This document shows positions 39,858-48,565 of a DNA stretch of 64,000 nt, one piece after another. The notes beneath the pieces are model-generated. The model made no database searches, had not been told where the DNA came from, and saw only the letters and a program-made list of their open reading frames with translations. Origin of the DNA: Longimicrobiales bacterium (GTDB lineage Bacteria; Gemmatimonadota; Gemmatimonadetes; Longimicrobiales; Gaopeijiaceae); the NCBI GenBank assembly GCA_965202805.1, contig OZ241869.1:2176001-2240000 (forward strand). The letters are read 5' to 3'. The first letter of the stretch is position 1; each line of letters opens with the position of its first letter. Position numbers and translations under genes: made by a program.

Positions 39858-40904
39858 ATGCCCTCGCTCCAGGAACTTCTCGTCGCCTCCAGCCGCACCT
39901 TCGCGGTGGGGATCCGGATCCTTCCCGAGCCCCTGAGGCGTGAAGTCACCGTCGCCTACCTCCTGCTGCGGGTTTCCGACTACCTGGAAGACAACCGGGA
40001 GCTCGGCGCGGAGGAGAAGATCGCCTTGCTCCGGAGCTGGCGCCGCGTGCTCGAAGGGGCCGGCGAGCGACAGCCGCTGATCGAACGCCTGCGGGAAGCC
40101 CGGGAGGACATTCCGGATGCGCTCGTAGCCCGCCATTCCGCGACCGTCCTCGCCGGACTCGACGGGCTGGCGGCGCCCGCGAAGGAGATCCTCATCCGCC
40201 GCGTGGGCGAGTCGAGCGCCGGGATGGCGCGCTGGACGGAGCGCGGATCGCGCTTCGAGACCGAGGCCGATCTCGACGACTACATGCACGAGGTGGCCGG
40301 GCGCGTGGGTCATCTCCTCACCGAGCTGTTCACGCTGCGGCTTCCGGGAACGAGAAGCGCTCGCGAGCGGATGATGTCGCTCGGGCGCGAGTTCGGGCTG
40401 GCGCTGCAGACGGTAAACGTCATCCGTGGCCTGCACGAGGACCGGGATCGCGGATGGGTGTATGTGCCCGCGGCTTTCGTGCCCGACCCGCGCATCCACC
40501 CGAGCGAGCTCTTCGACCCTGACAACCAGGACGCGGCCATGGCGGTGCTCGCCCGGCTGGTCGGGAAGGCCGACCGTCACCTGGCGGCGGCCCGGGCCTA
40601 TATCCGGCTGATCCCGAGGCGCTACCACCGAGTGCGCCTGTTTTGCCTGCTGCCGCTGTTCTTCGCGGTGCGCACGCTGGCCATCAGCCGGGCCAATCCG
40701 GACGTGCTCAGACGGGAGACCAAGATGACGCGCGGCGAGGTCAAGGCGATCACGCGCTGGGCGATGGTACGGGGTTTCTCGAATGGCTGGATCGAGCGCT
40801 ACTGCGGGCGGCTGGCATCTTCCCCGCCCGCACAGGACGGCGGATCCGCCCCCCCGGCTGCGCAGCGGACTCCAGCGGCCCGGCAGCGGATCTCGAGCCC
40901 ATGA
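39858..40904 (+). CDS. Squalene/phytoene synthase-family prenyltransferase (SQS-like)
   Basis: SRTF, LLRVSDYLED, YMHEVAGRVG, FGLALQTVNVIR, RLFCLLP. Confidence 0.85.
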   Translation: MPSLQELLVASSRTFAVGIRILPEPLRREVTVAYLLLRVSDYLEDNRELGAEEKIALLRSWRRVLEGAGERQPLIERLREAREDIPDALVARHSATVLAGLDGLAAPAKEILIRRVGESSAGMARWTERGSRFETEADLDDYMHEVAGRVGHLLTELFTLRLPGTRSARERMMSLGREFGLALQTVNVIRGLHEDRDRGWVYVPAAFVPDPRIHPSELFDPDNQDAAMAVLARLVGKADRHLAAARAYIRLIPRRYHRVRLFCLLPLFFAVRTLAISRANPDVLRRETKMTRGEVKAITRWAMVRGFSNGWIERYCGRLASSPPAQDGGSAPPAAQRTPAARQRISSP

Positions 40905-42052
40905 CATCTCTTGCGTCCTTCCGTGAGGAGTTCCCCGTCTCCCGCACCCATATCTTCCTGAATCACGCGGGCGTGGCTCCCACCTCGATCCGCGTGGTGC
41001 GGGCGGTTCACGGCTTCATGGATTCGATCGCGCGCGAGGGCCGGCCCGACTTCGACGCCTGGGAATCGGTGGCGCAGGACTGCCGGGAACGGTTTGCGCG
41101 CCTGATCGGGTGCGATGCGGACGAGGTCGCCTTCGTGCGCAACACCTCGCACGGGTTGTCGCTGCTCGCGTCCGGGCTCGACTGGCGGCCCGGGGACCGG
41201 GTCGCGGCGGCGGCATCGGTCGAGTACCCCTCCAACGTCTACCCGTGGATGGACCTCGACCGGCGGGGGATTGCGGCGCTCGACGTGGTCCCCGTGGAGG
41301 CGGACGGGACAGTGACGGTGGAGGCTGCGGACCGGGTGCTCCGTGACGACACCCGCGTGCTGGCGGTCAGTTCGGCCCAATACGCCACGGGAGCGGTCAC
41401 GGACCTCGCCGGTCTGGGGCGGCTGTGCCGGGAGCGCGGAGTGCTCCTGTGCGTCGACGGCATCCAGACGGTGGGCGCCCTGCCCATCGACGTGAAGGAG
41501 GCGGGGGTCCACTTCCTGTCCGCAGACAGCCACAAGTGGATGCTCGGCATGATGGGCATCGGTGCGGTGTTCGTCGACCGCTCGGTGGTCGGGCGCATTC
41601 ATCCGCCGCTGCTCGGCTGGCGCAGCACGACCGACGCCTTCAACTTCGACAGGGTCCACTTCGAGCTTCTGGACCACGCGGGGCGCTACGAGGAGGGGAG
41701 CCTCGCGTATCCGCTCATCGCCGGCTTCGGCGCCGCCCTCGAGCTACTCGAGGAAGCCGGGATCCCCGCCATCGGCGAGCACGTTTGCGCGCTGGTGGCC
41801 GACCTGGCGGAGCGCCTGGAGCGGCTCGGCTGCGTCACTACGCCGGATGCCGGGAGCCGGCGCCACATTCTGACCTTCCGCCATCCCGGACTCGACAACG
41901 AAACGTTGCTCGCGGGACTCGAACGAGCCGGCGTGGTCGCGTCGCTCCGGCGGGATCGCATCCGGGTGGCCCCGCACCTCTACAACACCCATGAAGAGAT
42001 GAGACGCGTGGCGGAGGCGGTGGGCGCGCTGCTCACCGCGAACGTCGGTTAG
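40901..42052 (+). CDS. Class V PLP-dependent aminotransferase / cysteine desulfurase-lyase-like enzyme
   Basis: FLNHAG, NTSHG, VDGIQ, ADSHKW, IRVAPHLYNT; ATGA overlap with the upstream gene. Confidence 0.88.
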   Translation: MTSLASFREEFPVSRTHIFLNHAGVAPTSIRVVRAVHGFMDSIAREGRPDFDAWESVAQDCRERFARLIGCDADEVAFVRNTSHGLSLLASGLDWRPGDRVAAAASVEYPSNVYPWMDLDRRGIAALDVVPVEADGTVTVEAADRVLRDDTRVLAVSSAQYATGAVTDLAGLGRLCRERGVLLCVDGIQTVGALPIDVKEAGVHFLSADSHKWMLGMMGIGAVFVDRSVVGRIHPPLLGWRSTTDAFNFDRVHFELLDHAGRYEEGSLAYPLIAGFGAALELLEEAGIPAIGEHVCALVADLAERLERLGCVTTPDAGSRRHILTFRHPGLDNETLLAGLERAGVVASLRRDRIRVAPHLYNTHEEMRRVAEAVGALLTANVG

Positions 42053-42166
42053 CACTTTGGACAATCGGTTGGCACTTGGACAGGAAGACGCACATCGAAG
42101 CCGGGGTGGGCATCGAAGCAAGACGAGTATCGCAGGGAGAGAACGAGCCCTGGGGAGGACCGAACC

Positions 42167-44800
42167 ATGAGGAGATTGGGGATGAGACACGCGACGACCA
42201 CGCCGGTGGCGGTGATGACGAGGAAGGCCGCGCTCGCGCTGACCCTGCTCACGACCGTGCTGTCCGCGGGCACGGCGGCGGCGCAGAACCGGCAGGGCGA
42301 CGACGCCCTGCCCACCATCGAGGATAGAACCGCATCGATGGAGTTGATGGACGGCTTCCTGCCCATCTACTGGGATGATGCCGGCGGTCGGATCTGGCTG
42401 GAGATCGCGCAGTGGGACACCGACGTGCTGCACGCCTCGGGCATCGGCGCCGGACTCGGGTCCAACGACATCGGCATCGACCGGGGCCAGCTGGCCGGCT
42501 CTCGCGTGGTGCGCTTTCACCGCGTGGGCCCGAAGGTCCTGATGATCCAGCCCAACTATCGCTTCCGCGCGTCCAGCGACAACCCGGCGGAGCGGAAGGC
42601 GGTGGAGGACGCCTTCGCGCCCTCGACCCTGTGGGGATTCGACGCGGCGGCCGAGACCGGGGAGCGCGTGCTCATCGACTTCACGCCCTTCCTGATGCAG
42701 GACATCGCCGGCTTCGCGGGCCGCCTGCGCCCGGGCACCTACCGGCTCGACCAGAGCCGCAGCTCCGTGTACCTGCCCATGGTCATGAACTTCCCCGAGA
42801 ACACCGAGATGGAGGCGTCGCTGACCTTCGTGCGCCAGGACGGGGGAATGGCCGGCGGCCGCTTCGGCGGGGGTGGCGGCGGCGCCTTCGAGGGCGTCGG
42901 CAATGTCGCGGCCAACGCGGGCGCGGCCACGGTGCGCATGCACCACTCCTTCATCCAGTTGCCCGAGCTGGGCGAGTACACGCCGCGCGCGCACGACTCC
43001 CGCTCCGGCTACGGCGGCATGTCCTTCCAGGACTACTCGGTCGCGCTGGACGAGCCCATGACGCAGCGCTTCATCCGACGGCACCGCTTGGAGAAGCGGG
43101 ATCCGAACGCGGCCATGAGCGAGCCGGTCGAGCCCCTCGTCTACTACCTCGATCCCGGGGCCCCGGAGCCGGTCCGCTCCGCGCTGCTCGATGGAGCACG
43201 GTGGTGGAACCAGGCCTTCGAGGCGGCAGGGTTCATCAACGCCTTCCGGGTCGAGATCCGGCCCGAGGACGTGAGCAGCCATGACGTGCGCTATAACGTG
43301 ATCAACTGGGTGCACCGCTCGACGCGGGGCTGGAGCACGGGCGGCTCGATCACCGATCCGCGCACCGGAGAGATCCTCAAGGGCAACGTGACGCTGGGGT
43401 CGTTGCGGGTGCGCCAGGATTACATGATCGCCGAGGGGCTGCTGGCGCCCTACGAGAACGGCGACGAGGAGGCGAGCGACCTCTCGGAGTGGGCGCTGGC
43501 GCGCATCCGCCAGCTCTCGGCGCACGAGGTGGGACACACGCTGGGGCTGGCGCACAACTACTACGACAGCGACGTCGGGCGCATCTCGGTGATGGACTAC
43601 CCCCACCCGCTGATTACCTGGGACGGCAGCGAGTTCGACTACTCCGAGGTGTACGACACGGACATCGGCGAGTGGGACAAGGTCACGATCCGGTACGGGT
43701 ACTCCGTCTTCCCGCCGGGAGCCGACGAGACGGTGGAGCTGGACCGCATTCTGGACGAGGCGTGGGAGGAGGACGTCCGCTACTTCACCAACCAGGACGT
43801 CTCGGCGCACGCCCGGGTCGACCAGTGGTCCAACGGGACGGACGCCGGGGCCGAGCTTGACCGCATGCTGGACGTGCGCCGCGCGGCCCTGGAGCGCTTC
43901 GGCGAGCGAACGATTCGGAAGGGCACGCCGATGGCGCAGATGGAGGAGGTGCTGGTGCCCCTCTACATGCACCACCGCTACCAGGTAGCCGCCGCCGCGT
44001 CGGTGCTGGGCGGGCTGCACTACACCTACGCGACAAGGGGCGACGGGCTGGAGCCGGTGCGGCCGGCCTCGGCGGGCGAGCAGAAGCGGGCGCTGGACGC
44101 GCTGGTGCGGTCGGTGCAGCCGGCGGAGCTGACCATTCCGGCCAAGGTCCTGGATCAGTTGCCGCCGCGCCCCGCCGGCTACGGACGCACCCGCGAGCTC
44201 TTCCCGCGCTACACGGGATTGATGTTCGACGCGGTCTCGCCGGCGGTGGTGGCGACCGCCCACGTGGTCGGCGAAGTGCTGGAGCCGAGCCGGGCGGCGC
44301 GCCTGCTGGAGCAGAACGCGCTCGACGGGTCGCTCCCGGGACTTGGCGACGTGATCGCCACCCTCACCGCGGTGGGCGACCCCGACGCAGCCGACTCGCC
44401 CTACGAGGCCGAGGTGCGGCGCGCGATCGGCCGGGTGGTCGCGGACGGGCTGATGAGCCTGGCCGGCGGGGCCGCCATGCCGCAGGTGAGAGCGGTGGCG
44501 GCCCAGCACCTGGGATGGATCAGGGCCATGGCCGAGGACCGGTCGAAGGGTGACGACCACAACGCCGCCCACTTCGCGCTGCTCGCCCGGGACATCCAGC
44601 GCTTCGAGGAGCGGCCCCACGAGCCATGGGCGCCGGCGGTGACGCCGAACGCCCCCCCCGGAGCACCCATCGGCACCGCGCCCATGGACTGGATGGGCTT
44701 CGGGACCGGACTGGGCGGCCAGCTCACGGCTCAAGCGGGCCTTGCCGACCTCACCTGGCTGGACAGGCTGGTGCCGTTCTGCGCCTACGAACAGTGGTGA
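42167..44800 (+). CDS. Secreted zinc-dependent metalloprotease (DUF5117/DUF4953, EcxA-like)
   Basis: Signal peptide, WNQAFEAAG, DPRTGEI, HEVGHTLGLAHN, SVMDY Met-turn. Confidence 0.88.
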   Translation: MRRLGMRHATTTPVAVMTRKAALALTLLTTVLSAGTAAAQNRQGDDALPTIEDRTASMELMDGFLPIYWDDAGGRIWLEIAQWDTDVLHASGIGAGLGSNDIGIDRGQLAGSRVVRFHRVGPKVLMIQPNYRFRASSDNPAERKAVEDAFAPSTLWGFDAAAETGERVLIDFTPFLMQDIAGFAGRLRPGTYRLDQSRSSVYLPMVMNFPENTEMEASLTFVRQDGGMAGGRFGGGGGGAFEGVGNVAANAGAATVRMHHSFIQLPELGEYTPRAHDSRSGYGGMSFQDYSVALDEPMTQRFIRRHRLEKRDPNAAMSEPVEPLVYYLDPGAPEPVRSALLDGARWWNQAFEAAGFINAFRVEIRPEDVSSHDVRYNVINWVHRSTRGWSTGGSITDPRTGEILKGNVTLGSLRVRQDYMIAEGLLAPYENGDEEASDLSEWALARIRQLSAHEVGHTLGLAHNYYDSDVGRISVMDYPHPLITWDGSEFDYSEVYDTDIGEWDKVTIRYGYSVFPPGADETVELDRILDEAWEEDVRYFTNQDVSAHARVDQWSNGTDAGAELDRMLDVRRAALERFGERTIRKGTPMAQMEEVLVPLYMHHRYQVAAAASVLGGLHYTYATRGDGLEPVRPASAGEQKRALDALVRSVQPAELTIPAKVLDQLPPRPAGYGRTRELFPRYTGLMFDAVSPAVVATAHVVGEVLEPSRAARLLEQNALDGSLPGLGDVIATLTAVGDPDAADSPYEAEVRRAIGRVVADGLMSLAGGAAMPQVRAVAAQHLGWIRAMAEDRSKGDDHNAAHFALLARDIQRFEERPHEPWAPAVTPNAPPGAPIGTAPMDWMGFGTGLGGQLTAQAGLADLTWLDRLVPFCAYEQW

Positions 44801-44895
44801 GGGTCAGCGCGAGCGGGAGCCGCCGGAGAGCCTGGAGAGGCTTGGCGTGCCGATGGTGCGGACCGCCATGAAGACGCTGACCCGGGGTCCGGGCC

Positions 44896-46149
44896 TCAGC
44901 GCAGAACGCGGAAGATCCGGTCGGCGACCGTCGTCATGAGCGGCGTGCCCACCGTAAGCAGGACGATCCCCGCCGTCTGCGCGGGGCGAGACTCATTGCT
45001 CTTGCCCTCGATCAGAAGGAGGTAGCCGGCCGTCGCCGCCATCGCGCTGCCGAGCGCGGCGGGCAGGAACCGACCCCTTGAGCGGCTGGTCTGCCCGGCC
45101 CACCCCGCGGAATAACCGCCGGCGGCGCTGGGCAGGGCCAGCGCCAGAATTCCCGTGCCCGTCGTCAGGACGCTTGGACAGCGCGGGCGGAGGCCTCCGA
45201 GACCGGTATCGATTTCGAGGCAGCGGCTGGCCAGACCGAGCCCGACCGCCAGGCCGACCGCGTTCCCCACCACGGAGCTGGCGAAGACCCGCTCCCATCC
45301 GTAGCGCTGCTCCTCCAGAGACCAGTCGAAGCCGGTCACCAGATCCTCGCTCGCCGCCTCGCGCCTGCGCTGCGGCCCGGTCTTGGTCTCCACCAGCAGC
45401 GCGCCCCCGCCCGCTGCCATGCCGAACCTGGTCGATGCCTGCAGGGGCGACAGCAACTCCACGCGCTCGATGTCGTCGAGCGGCATGGAAAAGTAGAGCA
45501 GAGAAGGCACGGCCGAGCGCACTCCGTCAACGTAGATCGACACGTCGTTGCACCCGCCTTGCGCCGACGTGGAGCGGTATTCGACGCACGAGCCGGTTCT
45601 CCCGGAGCGTACCCGGAGGCCCGGCAGGTGCTGCGCGAGCACATCGGACAGAGCGAGTCCGCGGCGGGCGGCCTCACTGAGCTGCGCCGGCCCGACTTCG
45701 TTGATGGAGTGGCCGGTGGAAATCCTCCTCCGCTCCAACTCCGTGACCGCCTCCACGACGAGGGGCTCGAGTTCGATGGTTCGCGGCGACAGGCGCACGT
45801 CGAGGCGAAGATCCTCGCCCGGATTCACCGCGATTTCACGCGACTGGTCGCCATAGGCGAGATGCTCCACCACCAGGATGTGCGCCCCCCCGGGCACATC
45901 CGTGAAACGGAACATTCCGTCGGCATCGGTCACGGTGGAGATGCCCAGGTCGTGAAGGCGCACGACGACATCGGCGATGGGTTGGGAATTGTCCTGCTCG
46001 AGCACCCGTCCGGTCAGAGCTCCGCTCTCCTGGGCGGCGGCAGCGGTCGCGGACACCAGGGTCAGGACGCATAACAGGGCGACGAGCGAGGTCGCCGGAG
46101 CACATCTCGCGAGCGCGCGCCGCGCCGCAACCGGGAGTCCCGGACGCAT
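44896..46149 (-). CDS. Carboxypeptidase-regulatory-like plus TonB plug-like domain protein with C-terminal membrane helices
   Basis: LTGRVLE..TDADGMFRF, IYVDG, DDIERVELL..ASTRFG..GGALLVETK, then three to four hydrophobic segments; start uncertain. Confidence 0.7.
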   Translation of the reverse strand: MRPGLPVAARRALARCAPATSLVALLCVLTLVSATAAAAQESGALTGRVLEQDNSQPIADVVVRLHDLGISTVTDADGMFRFTDVPGGAHILVVEHLAYGDQSREIAVNPGEDLRLDVRLSPRTIELEPLVVEAVTELERRRISTGHSINEVGPAQLSEAARRGLALSDVLAQHLPGLRVRSGRTGSCVEYRSTSAQGGCNDVSIYVDGVRSAVPSLLYFSMPLDDIERVELLSPLQASTRFGMAAGGGALLVETKTGPQRRREAASEDLVTGFDWSLEEQRYGWERVFASSVVGNAVGLAVGLGLASRCLEIDTGLGGLRPRCPSVLTTGTGILALALPSAAGGYSAGWAGQTSRSRGRFLPAALGSAMAATAGYLLLIEGKSNESRPAQTAGIVLLTVGTPLMTTVADRIFRVLR

Positions 46150-46366
46150 GGTGGCCGATAGCGAATCCGGTGTGGCTGATGCCGGTCGGACCGGCCGGAG
46201 GGAGGTCATGCGCGAGCCTGTCGGGGGAAAGCGTTCCAATTGGCTGATACCCTGCGGCGATTCGGCACGTTCCGAACCGGACCGGCTCCCGGTGATCCAT
46301 CCGAAGCCAGCCCCGGTACTCCTCTGAAGTTAACGCCCAGGCCCCGGGGAGGCCCCGATGTCCAGG

Positions 46367-47788
46367 CTAACGCCGGCCCGCCGGCGAGGGTCCGATGTCG
46401 ACCCGGATGTCACGCCACTTGCCCTGGCGATAGCGCGCCACGCTCAGGATGCAGCGGGCTGCGTGTCCCAGCAGAATCGCGATCCAGACGTCGGTGGGCT
46501 CGAGCCCGCGCATCTGCTGCAGGATCGCCAGCAGGCCGAGGGGAATCACCACCTGCGAGACGATGGAGATGAAGAGCGGGCTGCGCGTATCGCCGCTCCC
46601 CTGCAGTCCCCCGGTGTACGTGAGCGCGACGGTGACGAAGAGCCCCGAGACGCTCAGGAAGGCGAGCAACTGAACGCCCAGGCCGGCCACCCTGGGGTCG
46701 TCCATGCCGAAGATGGAGAGCAGGGCTTCGGGAACGAGCAGGAACATGGCTCCGACGGCGATGGCGACCCCCAGGCCGATGCGCGAAGCGACCCGCACCC
46801 CCATGACGGCCCGTTCCGGATGTCCCGCACCCAGATTCTGTCCCACGACAGCCCCCGTGGCGCCCATCAGACCCAGCGAGGTCCAGGTGATGAGCGAGAA
46901 CAGCTGAACGTAGCCGACCGCGTACGCGGCCTGCGCCTCCGCGCTCAGGGCGAGCGAGCCGATGAAGCGCAGCAGCAGCACGCCGCCGAGATTCATGACC
47001 ACGCCCTGGATGCCGGCGGGGAGCCCGAACCGGAACAGCTGGCGGATGATCCCCCAGTCCGGGGCGAGCGACATGCCGCGTTCGAAGGCGACGACGGTTC
47101 TGCGCGACAGCAGCAGCCAGAGCACGTACCCGCTCACGATCACTCCGGAGATCACGCTGCCCATCGCCGCGCCCGCGGTGCCGAAGGAGGGGATTGGTCC
47201 CAGGCCGCGGATCAGGATCACGCTGAAGGTGATGTTGAGAAGGGTGAGGGCCACGCCGAGACGGAGCGGCGTTCGCGCGTCCCCGGCCGCGCGGAATGCG
47301 CCTCCGGCCATGAAGAACATCATGGTGCCGAAGCTGAAGACGAAGAGGATGCGCAGGTAGGGGAGCGCCTCCTGCTGGACCTCGGCGGTCGCGCGCACCA
47401 GCCCCAGCAGAGAGGGAGCGAGGAAGTACCCGAGGGGCGCGACGACGCCGATGGACAGGGCCGCGGCCGTGAGGAAGGCCTGATAGACGGTCCGATTGAC
47501 CTTGTCCCTGTCTCCCGCGCCGGCGAAACGGGCCACGAGAATGCCCATCCCCGTGAACAGCGAGGAGACGAAGGTGATCACGACGAGGTAGATCTGCGAG
47601 GACACGCCGATGGCGGCGTTGCCCGCGAAGCCCACGTAGTTGCCGACCATGGCATGGCCGACCACGCCCTGCATGCCGGCGATCACGTTCTGCAGCATGG
47701 TCGGCCACGCGAGCATCCAGACCGCGAGCGGGACCGGCCCCTCTACGATGCTGCGGTCGAAGGGGCGTCCGCCGGCCCGCCGGGACAT
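46367..47788 (-). CDS. MATE-family efflux transporter
   Basis: LAWP, ARFAGAGD, RAAGDARTP, GTAGAA, VGQNLGAG, GDTRSP. Confidence 0.92.
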   Translation of the reverse strand: MSRRAGGRPFDRSIVEGPVPLAVWMLAWPTMLQNVIAGMQGVVGHAMVGNYVGFAGNAAIGVSSQIYLVVITFVSSLFTGMGILVARFAGAGDRDKVNRTVYQAFLTAAALSIGVVAPLGYFLAPSLLGLVRATAEVQQEALPYLRILFVFSFGTMMFFMAGGAFRAAGDARTPLRLGVALTLLNITFSVILIRGLGPIPSFGTAGAAMGSVISGVIVSGYVLWLLLSRRTVVAFERGMSLAPDWGIIRQLFRFGLPAGIQGVVMNLGGVLLLRFIGSLALSAEAQAAYAVGYVQLFSLITWTSLGLMGATGAVVGQNLGAGHPERAVMGVRVASRIGLGVAIAVGAMFLLVPEALLSIFGMDDPRVAGLGVQLLAFLSVSGLFVTVALTYTGGLQGSGDTRSPLFISIVSQVVIPLGLLAILQQMRGLEPTDVWIAILLGHAARCILSVARYRQGKWRDIRVDIGPSPAGRR

Positions 47789-47809
47789 GTCGCGAACGAC
47801 CCGCGCGGG

Positions 47810-48565
47810 TCAGGCCGGCGTGCCTTTTCTCCGGACGACCCGAAGGAGCTTCGCCAGGGGGTCGTACGCCCTGTCCACGACGCGCTCCTTGAGGGGGATG
47901 ATGGCGTTGTCGGTGATGGTGATGCTCTCGGGACACACCTTGGTACAGCACTTCGTGATGTTGCAGTAGCCCACGCCCTGATCCTTGCGCAGGGCCTCGA
48001 GCCGGTCCCCGGTGTCGAGCGGATGCATCTCCAGAGCCGCCACATGCACCATGTAGCGCGGCCCGATGAACTCCTCGTGCAGGTGGTGGTCCCTGAGCAC
48101 GTGACATACGTCCTGGCACAGGAAGCACTCGATGCACTTGCGGAACTCCATCACCCGGTCGACGTCTTCCTGGAAGATCTCCCAGGTGCCGTCCTCATGA
48201 TCGGGCTCGCGGGGCTGGAAGGCGTCGATGTTCTCCTTTACGCGGTAGTTCCAGGAGACGTCGGTGACCAGGTCGCGCACCAGCGGGAAGGCCTTCATGG
48301 GCTCGATGGTGACCGGCTCGTCCATGGGAAGGTCGCTCAGGCGGGTCATGCACATGAGCTTGGGCATGCCGTTCACCTCGGCGGAGCACGATCCGCAGCG
48401 GCCCGCCTTGCAGTTCCAGCGCACCGCCAGGTCGTTCGCCTGCTCGGCCTGGATCCTGTGCACGGCGTCGAGCACCACCATCCCCGTGGTGGTCTCGATG
48501 GTGTAGTCCTGGAACTCTCCGGTGTCCCGGTCCCCTCTCCAGACCCTGAACGTGCTCTCGGCCAT
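47810..48565 (-). CDS. sdhB: Succinate dehydrogenase/fumarate reductase iron-sulfur subunit
   Basis: CKAGRCGSC, CIECFLCQDVC, CNITKCCTKVCP. Confidence 0.92.
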   Translation of the reverse strand: MAESTFRVWRGDRDTGEFQDYTIETTTGMVVLDAVHRIQAEQANDLAVRWNCKAGRCGSCSAEVNGMPKLMCMTRLSDLPMDEPVTIEPMKAFPLVRDLVTDVSWNYRVKENIDAFQPREPDHEDGTWEIFQEDVDRVMEFRKCIECFLCQDVCHVLRDHHLHEEFIGPRYMVHVAALEMHPLDTGDRLEALRKDQGVGYCNITKCCTKVCPESITITDNAIIPLKERVVDRAYDPLAKLLRVVRRKGTPA

